NCBI GenBank assembly: GCA_964647135.1
Contig: CAZYHP010000001.1
Span: forward strand, 1,511-65,510
DNA from: an uncultured Rhodanobacteraceae bacterium
Lineage (GTDB): Bacteria; Pseudomonadota; Gammaproteobacteria; Xanthomonadales; UBA2363
Direction: 5' to 3'
DNA: 64,000 bases
Part shown: positions 21,172 to 32,868 of the stretch, one piece after another
Layout of the letters: each line of letters begins with the position of its first letter
Numbering within the stretch: the first letter of the stretch is position 1
Translations under genes and position numbers: made by a program
Notes under the pieces: model-generated
What the model was told of the DNA's origin: nothing
The model's input: the letters and a program-made list of their open reading frames with translations, nothing else
Database searches by the model: none

Positions 21172-22263
21172 ATGCGGATTCGTCGGATCTGCGTCGCCAA
21201 TGTGCGTAACCTGGTATCGGTCGAGGCCGAGCTGGGGCGGCACTTCAATGTGTTGACCGGCAGCAATGGTGCCGGGAAGACCAGCTTTCTCGAAGCCATC
21301 CATCTACTGGGTCACGGGCGGTCCTTCCGGGGTCGGCATGCTTCTGATCTGATCAGACTCGGGACTGACGGTTTGTCGGTCTTCGCGGAATGCCGGTTTG
21401 ACGCCGCCAGTTCGCCGACGGAAAGGTTGGGACTGGCGCTGGGCGCGTCGGGGTGGTCTTTGCGGCGGAATGGGGAGACCGTCGGAAACCTTTCCGACTT
21501 CGTCCGAACGTTGCCCGTCGTAACGCTGGAACCGGGTTGTCATGAGCTGATCAGCGGACCGTCCGAAAACCGTCGACGCTATCTCGATTGGTTGTTGTTC
21601 CACGTGGAACCAGAGTTTCTTGGGGTCTGGCGTCGTTATGCCCGTGCGCTGAAGCAGCGTAATGCCAGCCTGCGTTCGGCCGTGGTGACCGACGTGGAAC
21701 TGTCCGGTTGGGAGTCGGAGCTGGCCGAGTCCGGGTCGTTCATTCACCGCCATCGTCTGCAGGTCAGCCTTGATCTAGAGCGCCGGCTGCTGCCACTGAT
21801 CCGGCATATCGCGCCGGGGTTGAACGTCTCCGGCATTCGGGTTCGATCCGGTTGGTCTCCCGACCTTGATCTGGCGACGGCGTTGCGCGAAGGGCGTTCC
21901 ACGGATCGCGAGCGGGGGTTCACCCAGCGTGGCCCGCACCGCGGCGATTGGCGGCTGGTGCTTGAAGACGGCCTCGATCATGACCAGCTTTCGCGCGGGC
22001 AGGGCAAGCTGGCGGCAGTGGCCTGTCTTCTGGCGCAGGCCGAGCTGTTCCGTGATTCCAACGGACACTGGCCGGTGCTGTGCTGTGACGACCTGGCGGC
22101 AGAGTTGGACATGGCTCACCAGGCGGCGCTCCTGGCCTGGTTGAGAGCCTCGGGGACACAGGTGGTGATGACCGGGGTCGTGCCACCAGGTCCCGCCTTG
22201 GCCGAGGACGCGGACAATCGCATGTTCCACGTGGAACAGGGTCAAGTCACCCAACTGCTATAA
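21172..22263 (+). CDS. recF: DNA replication and repair protein RecF
   Basis: The track ORF begins at GTG 21148, overlapping the dnaN stop. I prefer ATG 21172 (MRIRRICVANVRNL). Walker A is GSNGAGKTSFLEAI, and the C-terminal signature/Walker B region is LCCDDLAAELD. Confidence 0.9.
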   Translation: MRIRRICVANVRNLVSVEAELGRHFNVLTGSNGAGKTSFLEAIHLLGHGRSFRGRHASDLIRLGTDGLSVFAECRFDAASSPTERLGLALGASGWSLRRNGETVGNLSDFVRTLPVVTLEPGCHELISGPSENRRRYLDWLLFHVEPEFLGVWRRYARALKQRNASLRSAVVTDVELSGWESELAESGSFIHRHRLQVSLDLERRLLPLIRHIAPGLNVSGIRVRSGWSPDLDLATALREGRSTDRERGFTQRGPHRGDWRLVLEDGLDHDQLSRGQGKLAAVACLLAQAELFRDSNGHWPVLCCDDLAAELDMAHQAALLAWLRASGTQVVMTGVVPPGPALAEDADNRMFHVEQGQVTQLL

Positions 22264-22304
22264 TTAGTCCATCCCACCGCCGCGCGTCCCGCGGCAGGTA
22301 CTGA

Positions 22305-24731
<2,427 letters not shown>

Positions 24732-24883
24732 TCCACGGGGATCGGCTGGCGACGGACGCCAGGGGTCTGCCGTCCGGGAAGACCCGATGTCGCTGGCCGC
24801 CATGCGATCGCGGCCGGCTGGCGCCCGTGGCACGGATGCGCGGATCGTTGTACTGTCCCGCCAGCTAGGGACGCTCGTGGCTC

Positions 24884-26425
24884 ATGAAAAAAACCCATCT
24901 GTACGTATTGGCGGTGCTGCTGATCGCCGCCGGCCTGTCCGCATTTTTCTATAAATGGAAGGTCCTCAAGTTCCCTATCACGCCGGTCGAACAGGCGGAG
25001 GTCTGGGAGCTGCAGGCGAGGGTCGAATTCCAGGCCCGTGGCGGCGCCAATCGGGTCCTGCTGCAGATCCCGCTCGATCCACCGGGCTATTCGATTCTCG
25101 ACGAGAACTTCATGGCGCGCGGCTACGGCATGAACACCGAGCGCAGCCGCGATGGCCGCAGCCGCGAGGTGCAATGGTCGATCCGGCGCGCACGCGGCAC
25201 GCAGGCGCTGTATTACCGGGCAACGATCTATCGCGACGGTGTGCCGGGCGCCGACACCGACCGGCCGCAGCTGCAATCGCCGGCTCAACTTGAAGAACCG
25301 TTCTCCAGCGCTGCGCAATCGCTGCTGGAGCGCGTCCGTGAGCACAGCGTCGACAGCGCCAGCTTCGCTGCCGAGCTCCTGCGCGAGCTCTCCAGCCCGA
25401 CACCCGCGCAGGAAGTGACGCTGCTCATGCAGGGCCTCACCGACGACCACGAGCGCGCCCGCTTCGCCACCGAGCTGCTGGCGATCCGGAATATCGCCGC
25501 ACGGGTGATCCAGGGCCTGCGCCTGGAGGAGACCGCCGCCGGCGAGCTGCGCCCGTATCTGCAGGTCTACGACACCGAGGCCAACGAGTGGCGGACACTG
25601 GACATCCGCAGCGGCAGCATCGGCTGGCCCAACGACCTGTTCCTCTGGAGCAAGAGTGGCAAGCCCGTGCTCGACATCGACGGCTCGCCACGCGCACGCT
25701 TCGACATCCGCATGCAGCGCAGTCTGGTGGATTCGCTCAAGGCGGCCGTCGACCGCCTGGAGGTCCGCGACGAGAACCTGGTGGCGTATTCGCTGCTCAA
25801 CCTGCCGCTGCAGACCCAGGACGTCTATCGCATCCTGCTGATGGTGCCGGTCGGTGCCTTCATCATGCTGATCCTGCGCAACCTCGTGGGCGTCAAGACT
25901 TTCGGCACCTTCATGCCGGTCCTGATCGCAATCTCCTTCAAGTGGACGTCGCTGCTGGCCGGCCTGACATTGTTCTCGCTGGTCGTCGGTCTGGGCCTGC
26001 TGGTGCGCTTCTACATGGAGCGACTGAAGCTGCTGCTGGTGCCCCGGCTCACGGCGGTGCTCATCGTCGTGGTGCTGATCATGGCGCTGGTCAGCGTCGT
26101 CTCCAACCGGCTCGGCCTGGAAGTCGGCCTGTCGATCGCGCTGTTCCCGATGATCATCATGACAATGACCATTGAACGCGTATCGGTGGCCTGGGATGAA
26201 CGCGGCGCCGGCTACGCCATGAAGATGGCCGCCGGCTCGCTGATGATCGCCAGCCTGGCCTACCTGGTGATGAGCTGGCCGCCGCTGGAGCACCTCATGT
26301 TCGTCTATCCGGAGATGCTGCTGATCCTGCTCGGATTCACGCTGATCCTCGGCCGCTATTCCGGTTACCGACTGACCGAGCTCACCCGCTTCCGGGCGCT
26401 GGCCCGACCTCCCGAGGAGGGCTGA
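24884..26425 (+). CDS. 'Inactive transglutaminase' N-terminal domain fused to a 7-TM module (UUP1-type membrane protein)
   Basis: 513 aa. An N-terminal TM (LYVLAVLLIAAGLSAFF) is followed by a ~300-aa extracytoplasmic domain and then a multi-TM C-terminal half (GVKTFGTFMPVLIAISF...). Architecture and sequence character match my recollection of the protein that partners RimK-related ATP-grasp ligases. Confidence 0.65.
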   Translation: MKKTHLYVLAVLLIAAGLSAFFYKWKVLKFPITPVEQAEVWELQARVEFQARGGANRVLLQIPLDPPGYSILDENFMARGYGMNTERSRDGRSREVQWSIRRARGTQALYYRATIYRDGVPGADTDRPQLQSPAQLEEPFSSAAQSLLERVREHSVDSASFAAELLRELSSPTPAQEVTLLMQGLTDDHERARFATELLAIRNIAARVIQGLRLEETAAGELRPYLQVYDTEANEWRTLDIRSGSIGWPNDLFLWSKSGKPVLDIDGSPRARFDIRMQRSLVDSLKAAVDRLEVRDENLVAYSLLNLPLQTQDVYRILLMVPVGAFIMLILRNLVGVKTFGTFMPVLIAISFKWTSLLAGLTLFSLVVGLGLLVRFYMERLKLLLVPRLTAVLIVVVLIMALVSVVSNRLGLEVGLSIALFPMIIMTMTIERVSVAWDERGAGYAMKMAAGSLMIASLAYLVMSWPPLEHLMFVYPEMLLILLGFTLILGRYSGYRLTELTRFRALARPPEEG

Positions 26426-26426
26426 G

Positions 26427-27389
26427 ATGTTCAACCCGTTCGCGGCGGCACGTCGCCTGCGCGAGATCGGCCTGGTGGGCCTGAACGGACGCAATGCCGA
26501 TTACGTGCTGCTCTACAACCAGCGCAAGTTCTACCCGCGCGTCGACGACAAGCTGCTGACCAAGGAACTGGCACTGGCCGCGGGACTGCCGGTGCCCGAG
26601 CTGTATGCGGTCGTCCGCGAAGAGCACGAGATCGCGGCGCTGCACCGGAAACTGGAGCCGTACCCGAACTTCGTCGTCAAACCCGCCCATGGTTCCGGCG
26701 GCGACGGCATCCTGGTCATCCACGGTCGCCGCGGCGAACGCTATCGGCGCGCCAGCGGCAGCTTCATGACCCGCGAAGAGTTCCAGCATCACCTCTCCAA
26801 TGGCCTGTCGGGCCTGTTCTCGCTTGGTGGCCAGCCCGACCACCTGCTGGTCGAGTACTGCGTCGAATTCGATCCGATCTTCGAACGCGTCAGCTACAAA
26901 GGCGTGCCCGACATCCGCATCATCACCTTCCTCGGCTACCCGGTCATGGCGATGATCCGCCTGCCGACCCGCATGTCGGACGGCAAGGCCAACCTGCACC
27001 AGGGCGCGATCGGCGTCGGCATCGACATCCCCAGCGGCATCACCAAACGCGGCGTCTGGGGCAACGAGCCGGTACGCGAGCACCCCGATACCGAACACTC
27101 CATCGTTGGCCTGTCGATCCCGCACTGGACGGATCTGCTGATGATCGCCGCGCGCTCATACGAGTTGTCGGGACTGGGCTATGTCGGCGTCGACATCGTG
27201 CTCGACCGGGATCGCGGACCCATGGTGCTGGAACTGAATGCGCGCCCCGGCCTGGCCATCCAGATCGCCAACGGAAATGGCCTGCGCCACCGCCTGGAAA
27301 AAGTCGAAGCCCTGAAGAAGGCAGGCGGATTGTCCGCGGATCCGGCTGAACGGATCGCCTTCGCGCAGCGGAATTTCGCCACGACCTGA
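26427..27389 (+). CDS. RimK-related ATP-grasp enzyme ('alpha-L-glutamate ligase-like protein')
   Basis: 320 aa. The N-terminus is typical (LREIGLVGLNGRNADYVLLYNQRKFYPRVDDKLLTKELA). ATP-grasp core segments are FVVKPAHGSGGDGILVI and GYVGVDIVLDRDRGPMVLELNARPG. The start lies 1 nt after the upstream stop and has a GAGGAGG Shine-Dalgarno. Confidence 0.8.
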   Translation: MFNPFAAARRLREIGLVGLNGRNADYVLLYNQRKFYPRVDDKLLTKELALAAGLPVPELYAVVREEHEIAALHRKLEPYPNFVVKPAHGSGGDGILVIHGRRGERYRRASGSFMTREEFQHHLSNGLSGLFSLGGQPDHLLVEYCVEFDPIFERVSYKGVPDIRIITFLGYPVMAMIRLPTRMSDGKANLHQGAIGVGIDIPSGITKRGVWGNEPVREHPDTEHSIVGLSIPHWTDLLMIAARSYELSGLGYVGVDIVLDRDRGPMVLELNARPGLAIQIANGNGLRHRLEKVEALKKAGGLSADPAERIAFAQRNFATT

Positions 27390-27449
27390 AGCCTGGCAGG
27401 CGCTGTCATGGCGTTAGAATCGGGTCGTTCCGGCACAGGAGATGGCGAC

Positions 27450-28253
27450 ATGACCCCGCGCATCGTGTTCGTGACAGCCCTCGCACTGGCATTGCAGGCT
27501 TGCGCCACCACGCCTTCCGGTCGCAGCCAGGCGATGGTGGTCGACGACAGCCAGATGAGCCGTCTTGGCGCCCAGGCGTTCTCGGCGCTGCGCACCGGCG
27601 GTCGGCTCTCCACGGATGGTCGCCACAGGCAGTACGTACGCTGCATAGCCGATGCCCTCATCGCCCAGCTTCCGGATCCCTGGCGAGACCAGGACTGGGA
27701 GGTCGAGGTGTTCGTCGATGACGCCGCCAACGCCTTCGCCCTGCCGGGTGGCAAGGTCGGCGTGAACACGGGCATGTTCGCAGTGGCGGAAAACGCCGAC
27801 CAGCTCGCTGCCGTCGTCGGCCATGAGCTGGCGCATGTGTGGTACCGCCACGGTGGCGAACGCTTCTCGCAGCAGATTCTCGCCCAGACCGGGCTGACGG
27901 CGGCGGCCGTCGTCGCCGATGCGAAAGCCCCGGAAAACTCGAGGTTGATCCTCGGCGCCCTGGGCGCCGGCGCGCAGGTGGGTGTCCTGCTGCCCTTCTC
28001 GCGCAAGCATGAGACCGAAGCGGACCTGGAAGGGCAGCGCCTGATGGCGCGCGCCGGCTTCAATCCCGCCGCAGCGGTCACGCTCTGGCAGCGGATGAAC
28101 CAGGCCGCCAACACCGCCCCCTCGGTCTGGCTCTCCACCCATCCCGACCCGCAGGGCCGGATCGACCAGCTCAACCGCGCACTGCCAGGGGCGCAGGCAG
28201 TCTTCGAGCAGGCGCGCTCCGAGGGCCGTTCACCGTCCTGCCGGCTTCAGTGA
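27450..28253 (+). CDS. M48-family zinc metallopeptidase lipoprotein
   Basis: The HEXXH motif is VVGHELAHVWYRH, with a downstream Glu ligand region (KHETEADLEG). I chose ATG 27450 (AGGAG 8 nt upstream), which gives the lipobox signal MTPRIVFVTALALALQAC. The track start 27408 is the alternative. Confidence 0.85.
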   Translation: MTPRIVFVTALALALQACATTPSGRSQAMVVDDSQMSRLGAQAFSALRTGGRLSTDGRHRQYVRCIADALIAQLPDPWRDQDWEVEVFVDDAANAFALPGGKVGVNTGMFAVAENADQLAAVVGHELAHVWYRHGGERFSQQILAQTGLTAAAVVADAKAPENSRLILGALGAGAQVGVLLPFSRKHETEADLEGQRLMARAGFNPAAAVTLWQRMNQAANTAPSVWLSTHPDPQGRIDQLNRALPGAQAVFEQARSEGRSPSCRLQ

Positions 28254-28383
28254 TGCAAAAAGTTAAGGCAGCTTAACGCCAGTGCCTTCGCGACGCCTGA
28301 CAATAGACCATCCACGAAACCGGACGTAGCACGGGGCATGTCGACATGACCCGCCGCTTCCCCCGCCATCCAAAGGATTCACG

Positions 28384-29691
28384 ATGAAACGTCTCATCCT
28401 TGCCATCAGCCTGATCAGCCTGCCGCTGAGCGCCCTCGTCACGGCGCTGCCCGCCGACGCCGCCAAAGGGCGCCTGCAGGACCGGGAATCGCGCCAGCGC
28501 TCCAGCCAGGCGCAACCCGAGGAAGAGAATCCGTATCCGAATTCGACCCGCGCCGAACCGGAGCGCAAGACCACCGAGCGCAACATGCGCCGCATCCAGG
28601 CCGCCTACGACAACCTCAACGAGGGCGAGTACGACAAGGTCACCGCCACGCTGGGCGAGCTCGACGGCAACAGCCGCCTCAGCCCCTACGAACAGGGACT
28701 GGTCGACCAGGGTCTGGCCCAGGCCGCCTACGAACAGGATGACGTCGCGACGGCGATCCAGCGCTGGCAGAAAGCCATCGACGGCAACGCCCTGCCGAAC
28801 CGCGACCACTTCCAGCTGATGTACCAGATCGCCCAGTTGCAGTTGATGGAAGAGAACTACGAGGAGTCGCTCGCCGCCGTCGACCGGTGGTTCCGGGAAA
28901 GCGGCTCCACCAAGCCCGAGGCCTATGCGCTGAAGGGCAACGCCCTCTACCGCCTGGAACGCAACGCAGAGGCGGTCGCCGTCCTCGACGAGGCCATCGC
29001 CGCGTCGGCGGGCAATCCGTCCGACAACCTGTACGAGCTTAAAATGGCGGCGCTCTATGAACAGGAAGATTACCTGGGTGCGTCCCAGGTCCTGGAAGAA
29101 CTGGTCCGTCGCCGCCCGGACGAGGTCAAGTACCAGATCAATCTGGCACAGACCTACATCGAACTGGAACAGCTGGAGAAGGCGCTGCCGGTCATGCAGA
29201 CGCTTCGCAGCAGCGGCAAGCTGCAGGATCCGCAGCACTGGCGCCAGCTCTACCAGCTTCAGGCCTATGCCGATCGCCCTGCCGACGCCGCGGCGACCAT
29301 CAACGCGGGCCTCGAGGCCGGCGCGCTGCCCGCCGACAAGGAAATCCTGCGGGCACTGGGCGACAACTACTACCAGGCCGAGATGATCGACCAGGCGATC
29401 GATGCCTATACCCGCGCCGCCGCCGTCTCCGCCGACGACGGCAACGCCGACCAGCAGCGCGGCCACCTGCTCCTCGAGCGCGAGCGCCACGCCGATGCCC
29501 GCGAGGCCTTGAATACGGCCATCCGCAAGGGCAATCTGAGCGACCCGGGCACGGCTTACCTGCTCCTGGGGGAGGTGGAGGCCGAGGCCGGCAACAACCC
29601 GGCGGCAATCGCTGCATTCCGTGAAGCACAGAAGCACGAACGCTCGCGCAGCAACGCGGAACTCTGGTTGAAGAATCTGGGCGCCCGTTGA
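28384..29691 (+). CDS. Secreted tetratricopeptide-repeat (TPR) protein
   Basis: 435 aa. The signal peptide is MKRLILAISLISLPLSALVTALPADA. Repeated A/Y/L-patterned 34-aa units are present (e.g. ALKGNALYRLERNAEAVAVLDEAI, AYLLLGEVEAEAGNNPAAIAAFREA). Confidence 0.75.
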   Translation: MKRLILAISLISLPLSALVTALPADAAKGRLQDRESRQRSSQAQPEEENPYPNSTRAEPERKTTERNMRRIQAAYDNLNEGEYDKVTATLGELDGNSRLSPYEQGLVDQGLAQAAYEQDDVATAIQRWQKAIDGNALPNRDHFQLMYQIAQLQLMEENYEESLAAVDRWFRESGSTKPEAYALKGNALYRLERNAEAVAVLDEAIAASAGNPSDNLYELKMAALYEQEDYLGASQVLEELVRRRPDEVKYQINLAQTYIELEQLEKALPVMQTLRSSGKLQDPQHWRQLYQLQAYADRPADAAATINAGLEAGALPADKEILRALGDNYYQAEMIDQAIDAYTRAAAVSADDGNADQQRGHLLLERERHADAREALNTAIRKGNLSDPGTAYLLLGEVEAEAGNNPAAIAAFREAQKHERSRSNAELWLKNLGAR

Positions 29692-29824
29692 CCGCAAAAG
29701 CATTATGAAAGGCGCGTGAATGCTTGTGCCCTGCGGGGCATTGGTGTAGCGTCGCTTTCCCCGCAGCCAGCGTAGGGCTTCCGGCACTTGCCAGAGGCCA
29801 TCCGCCTGACGATCAGATCCAACA

Positions 29825-30505
29825 ATGGCCATCTACGAATACCACGAAGACATCGAAGACAACCGCGTCCGCTGGCCACGCGTGGCGGGACTGAGCGTGG
29901 CGTTCATCGTGCACGTTGTGATGTTCAGCATGCTGCTGTTACCTCCACGTGCCGGCGATCCGGACAAGGACGACACCGACGACATGGTCGAGGTCGTGTT
30001 CATGGAACCGCCGCCGCCGCCACCGCCGCCGCCACCGGAGCCGCCGCCGCCGCCGGAAGAACCGCCGCCGGAAGAACCGCCGCCAGAGCCGCCGCCGGAA
30101 CTGCCGCCGATGGCACCCCCGCCGGAACCGGCCCCGATTCCGTCGGCGCCGCCGTCGGAGATGGCCATCCCGGTTGCCGCGGCACCGCCGGCACCGCCAG
30201 GACCGCCGCCGCCGCCTGACACCGGCGCCGCCGTCGGTGCGGACTACCGCAACCGCAAGGGCTTGCGCTACCCGCCGCAGGCGATGCGCCGTGGCGAGGA
30301 AGGCACCGTGACCCTGCGCGTCTACGTCGACGTGAATGGCGATCCCGAGCGCGTCGAAATGCAGCGCTCCAGTGGTTCGCGTTTCCTCGACCAGGCGGCA
30401 CAACGTGCGGTCCGCACGTGGAAGTTTCGTCCGGGAACGAAGGACGGCCGCGCAGTTGGCGGCTGGGTCATCGTCCCCATCCAATTCCGTCTCTCTGATG
30501 GCTAA
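29825..30505 (+). CDS. tonB: Energy transducer TonB
   Basis: 226 aa. It has an N-terminal anchor, a long Pro-rich spacer (PPPPPPPPPPEPPPPPEEPPPEEPPPEPPPELPP, nt ~30007-30218) and the C-terminal TonB domain (YPPQAMRRGEEGTVTLRVYVDVNGDPERVEMQRSSGSRFLDQAA). It is followed by exbB/exbD. Confidence 0.9.
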   Translation: MAIYEYHEDIEDNRVRWPRVAGLSVAFIVHVVMFSMLLLPPRAGDPDKDDTDDMVEVVFMEPPPPPPPPPPEPPPPPEEPPPEEPPPEPPPELPPMAPPPEPAPIPSAPPSEMAIPVAAAPPAPPGPPPPPDTGAAVGADYRNRKGLRYPPQAMRRGEEGTVTLRVYVDVNGDPERVEMQRSSGSRFLDQAAQRAVRTWKFRPGTKDGRAVGGWVIVPIQFRLSDG

Positions 30506-30522
30506 CCCAAGGTAGCGCAACC

Positions 30523-31269
30523 ATGCAAGACCAGATCCCAACCTCCCTGCCGACCGATTCGGACGCAGCGGCACTGAGCCAGATGGGCTTCAGCCACATG
30601 ATCCAGCACCTCGACGCGGTGGGCTGGATCGTGCTGATCACGCTGCTGGTGATGTCCCTGATGTCCTGGTTCTACATCATCTCCAACACCGTGCGTAACA
30701 GCGCCGTCCGCGGCCGCGCCGACAAGGTCATCCGTGGCTTCTGGGGCAGCAACTCGACCCAGGAAGCGGTGCAGTACATGGAAGCCCAGCCGAAGAACGA
30801 GCCGTTCTCCAAGATCGCCCTGGAGTGCGCCGAAGCGGCTGCCCACCACGCCAAGCATGAAAGCGGCGGCGGCCGCATGGTTGAAGTCCTGAACCGCTCG
30901 GAGTTCATCGACCGTTCGCTGCGCCAGGCCGTCACCCGCGAAAGCGGTCGCCTGGAAACCGGCCTCACCCTGCTCGCCACCGTCGGTTCGTCGGCGCCGT
31001 TCATCGGCCTGCTCGGTACCGTCTGGGGCATCTACCGGGCCCTGATCGCCATCGGCGCCAGCGGCAAGGCCGACATCGGCGCCATTGCAGGCCCCGTCGG
31101 TGAAGCGCTGATCATGACCGCCATCGGCCTGTTCGCGGCCATTCCGGCGCTGCTCGCCTACAACTTCTTCGTGCGCTCCAACCGCGTTGTGCTGTCGAAG
31201 TTCGACGAGTTCGCGCACGACCTGCACGACTACTTCGCCACCGGCGCCCGCGTCGGCATCGGCAAGTAA
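30523..31269 (+). CDS. exbB: MotA/TolQ/ExbB proton-channel protein ExbB
   Basis: 248 aa. Three TM helices. The conserved segments are APFIGLLGTVWGI and GEALIMTAIGLFAAIPALLAYN. Confidence 0.9.
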   Translation: MQDQIPTSLPTDSDAAALSQMGFSHMIQHLDAVGWIVLITLLVMSLMSWFYIISNTVRNSAVRGRADKVIRGFWGSNSTQEAVQYMEAQPKNEPFSKIALECAEAAAHHAKHESGGGRMVEVLNRSEFIDRSLRQAVTRESGRLETGLTLLATVGSSAPFIGLLGTVWGIYRALIAIGASGKADIGAIAGPVGEALIMTAIGLFAAIPALLAYNFFVRSNRVVLSKFDEFAHDLHDYFATGARVGIGK

Positions 31270-31293
31270 TCGCCGGCAACTGGAGAACGACCC

Positions 31294-31713
31294 ATGGGCA
31301 TGAGCGCAGGCAGCGGTGATGGCGACAATGCACCGATGGCCACCATCAACGTCACGCCGCTTGTCGACGTGATGCTGGTGCTGCTGATCATCTTCATGAT
31401 CACCACACCGTTGATGCAGAACGTTGTCGAGGTCGACCTGCCGAAGGCCGACCTCACATCGGAAGAGGCGATCCGCCCGCTGGTCATCGACCTGGCGATC
31501 GAGTCCGACGGAACGATCTGGTGGGACGGACAGGTCCGCAACCGTACGAGCCTGGAAACCGAGTTGCGGCGCGCTGCGCGCCAGACGCCGCAGCCCGAGG
31601 TCAAGGTCCGTGCGGACGCGAATCTGCGCTACCAGACCATCCGGGAGACTCTCGAGATCGTCAAGGATGCCGGCATCGTCCGTGTCGGCTTCGTGACCGC
31701 CCCCGATCGTTGA
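31294..31713 (+). CDS. exbD: Biopolymer transport protein ExbD (copy 1)
   Basis: 139 aa. It carries the signature INVTPLVDVMLVLLIIFMITTP and a GGAG Shine-Dalgarno. Confidence 0.9.
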   Translation: MGMSAGSGDGDNAPMATINVTPLVDVMLVLLIIFMITTPLMQNVVEVDLPKADLTSEEAIRPLVIDLAIESDGTIWWDGQVRNRTSLETELRRAARQTPQPEVKVRADANLRYQTIRETLEIVKDAGIVRVGFVTAPDR

Positions 31714-31768
31714 TGGAAACGGGCGGTAGCCGGCCAGGTCCGGCGCCGCCACTTAGGAGTATTGCCAC

Positions 31769-32188
31769 ATGGGCATGAGCGTAAGCAGCGGAAGCAGTGG
31801 TGATGCCGCCCCGATGGCGGAGATCAATGTCACCCCGCTGATCGACGTGATGCTGGTGCTGCTGATCATCTTCATGATCAACGCGCCGCAGCTGACCTAC
31901 AAGGTGCAGATCGACCTGCCGCAGCCGAGTGTTTCGACCAAGCCGCCGGAAGAGTCCGACAAGATCACTGTGCGCATCAACGATGACGGCACGGTACTCT
32001 GGAACGACCAGGCCATGAGCATGCGGCAGATCGAGTACCAGATGACGCTGGCGGGTCGGCAGAATCCGCAGCCGCAGATCATGATCAGTGCCGGGGACCG
32101 GTCGCGCTACCAGGTCCTGGCCGAAGTCATGACCAAGGCCAAGAACGCCGAAGTGAAAAAGATCGGTTTCGACAACACGCGAAACTGA
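31769..32188 (+). CDS. exbD: Biopolymer transport protein ExbD (copy 2)
   Basis: 139 aa. It carries the signature INVTPLIDVMLVLLIIFMINAP and an AGGAG Shine-Dalgarno. Confidence 0.9.
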   Translation: MGMSVSSGSSGDAAPMAEINVTPLIDVMLVLLIIFMINAPQLTYKVQIDLPQPSVSTKPPEESDKITVRINDDGTVLWNDQAMSMRQIEYQMTLAGRQNPQPQIMISAGDRSRYQVLAEVMTKAKNAEVKKIGFDNTRN

Positions 32189-32212
32189 TCGGATCGAACA
32201 TCGATCACGAAG

Positions 32213-32244
32213 AAAAGGCCGCCTCAGGGCGGCCTTTTCCTTTC
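32213..32244 (+). terminator. Rho-independent terminator after exbD copy 2
   Basis: The sequence is aaaaGGCCGCC-tcag-GGCGGCCttttcctttc, a perfect 7-bp GC stem (extendable through the A/T flanks) followed by a T-tract, 25 nt after the stop codon. Confidence 0.8.
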
Positions 32245-32396
32245 GGCAATCGGATCCGGAGTCCCGGTCATGAAGCATTCCCTTGCACATCACGTGTCGC
32301 CTGCGTGAATAGCCGCTGACCCTTCACCAGCCGGCCGTTGCGGCCTTCACTGTCCAGGACTAAAAGAAACGAACCAGCACGGACGGGAGTCAGCCC

Positions 32397-32801
32397 ATGA
32401 GCAGCGCCATTCTGTCGGGTTCCAGCCAGCCGCACGCCGAGATCAACGTGACACCCCTCATCGACGTGATGCTGGTTCTGCTGATTGTCTTCATGGTCGG
32501 CTTGCCCTTGCTGACGCGCGACGTCCCGCTCGCGCTGGCATCGTCGCCAGATCCGGACATCGTTGTTCCGCTCCCGGAACCCGTGACCCTGCGTCTGGAC
32601 AGCCACGGTGCCCTGCACCTGCAGGACGTCCGGGTCGAACAGCGGCAACTGGAACACCTGCTGCGAAGCCTCGCCGCCCAGCAACCCCAGCCGGCGCTGA
32701 GCATCGATGTTCCCGACCAGGCCAGCTACCAGAGTGTGGCGGCCCTGTTGTCCGCTGCCCACAACGCGCGGTTCTCGCGTATTGGACTCGCACAACCCTG
32801 A
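32397..32801 (+). CDS. ExbD/TolR-family protein (third, divergent copy)
   Basis: 134 aa. The signature INVTPLIDVMLVLLIVFMVGLPL is retained and a GGGAG Shine-Dalgarno is present. It is separated from copy 2 by the terminator. Confidence 0.8.
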   Translation: MSSAILSGSSQPHAEINVTPLIDVMLVLLIVFMVGLPLLTRDVPLALASSPDPDIVVPLPEPVTLRLDSHGALHLQDVRVEQRQLEHLLRSLAAQQPQPALSIDVPDQASYQSVAALLSAAHNARFSRIGLAQP

Positions 32802-32868
32802 AGCCGATACATTGCAGACCTGCGTTGGCGCACGTCAGGACTGTCCGCCAACCGGCGACCTGGCGCAG

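Noticed and set aside
28262-28277. GTTAAG-gcag-CTTAAC hairpin 9 nt after the M48 peptidase stop, considered as a terminator
   Set aside because: The stem is only 6 bp and AT-rich, and no T-tract follows. This is too weak to call.
30007-30218. CCG/CCA-rich low-complexity tract that looks like a microsatellite
   Set aside because: It is in frame within tonB and encodes the well-known Pro-rich (Pro-Glu/Pro-Pro) rigid spacer of TonB. It is not an independent repeat element.
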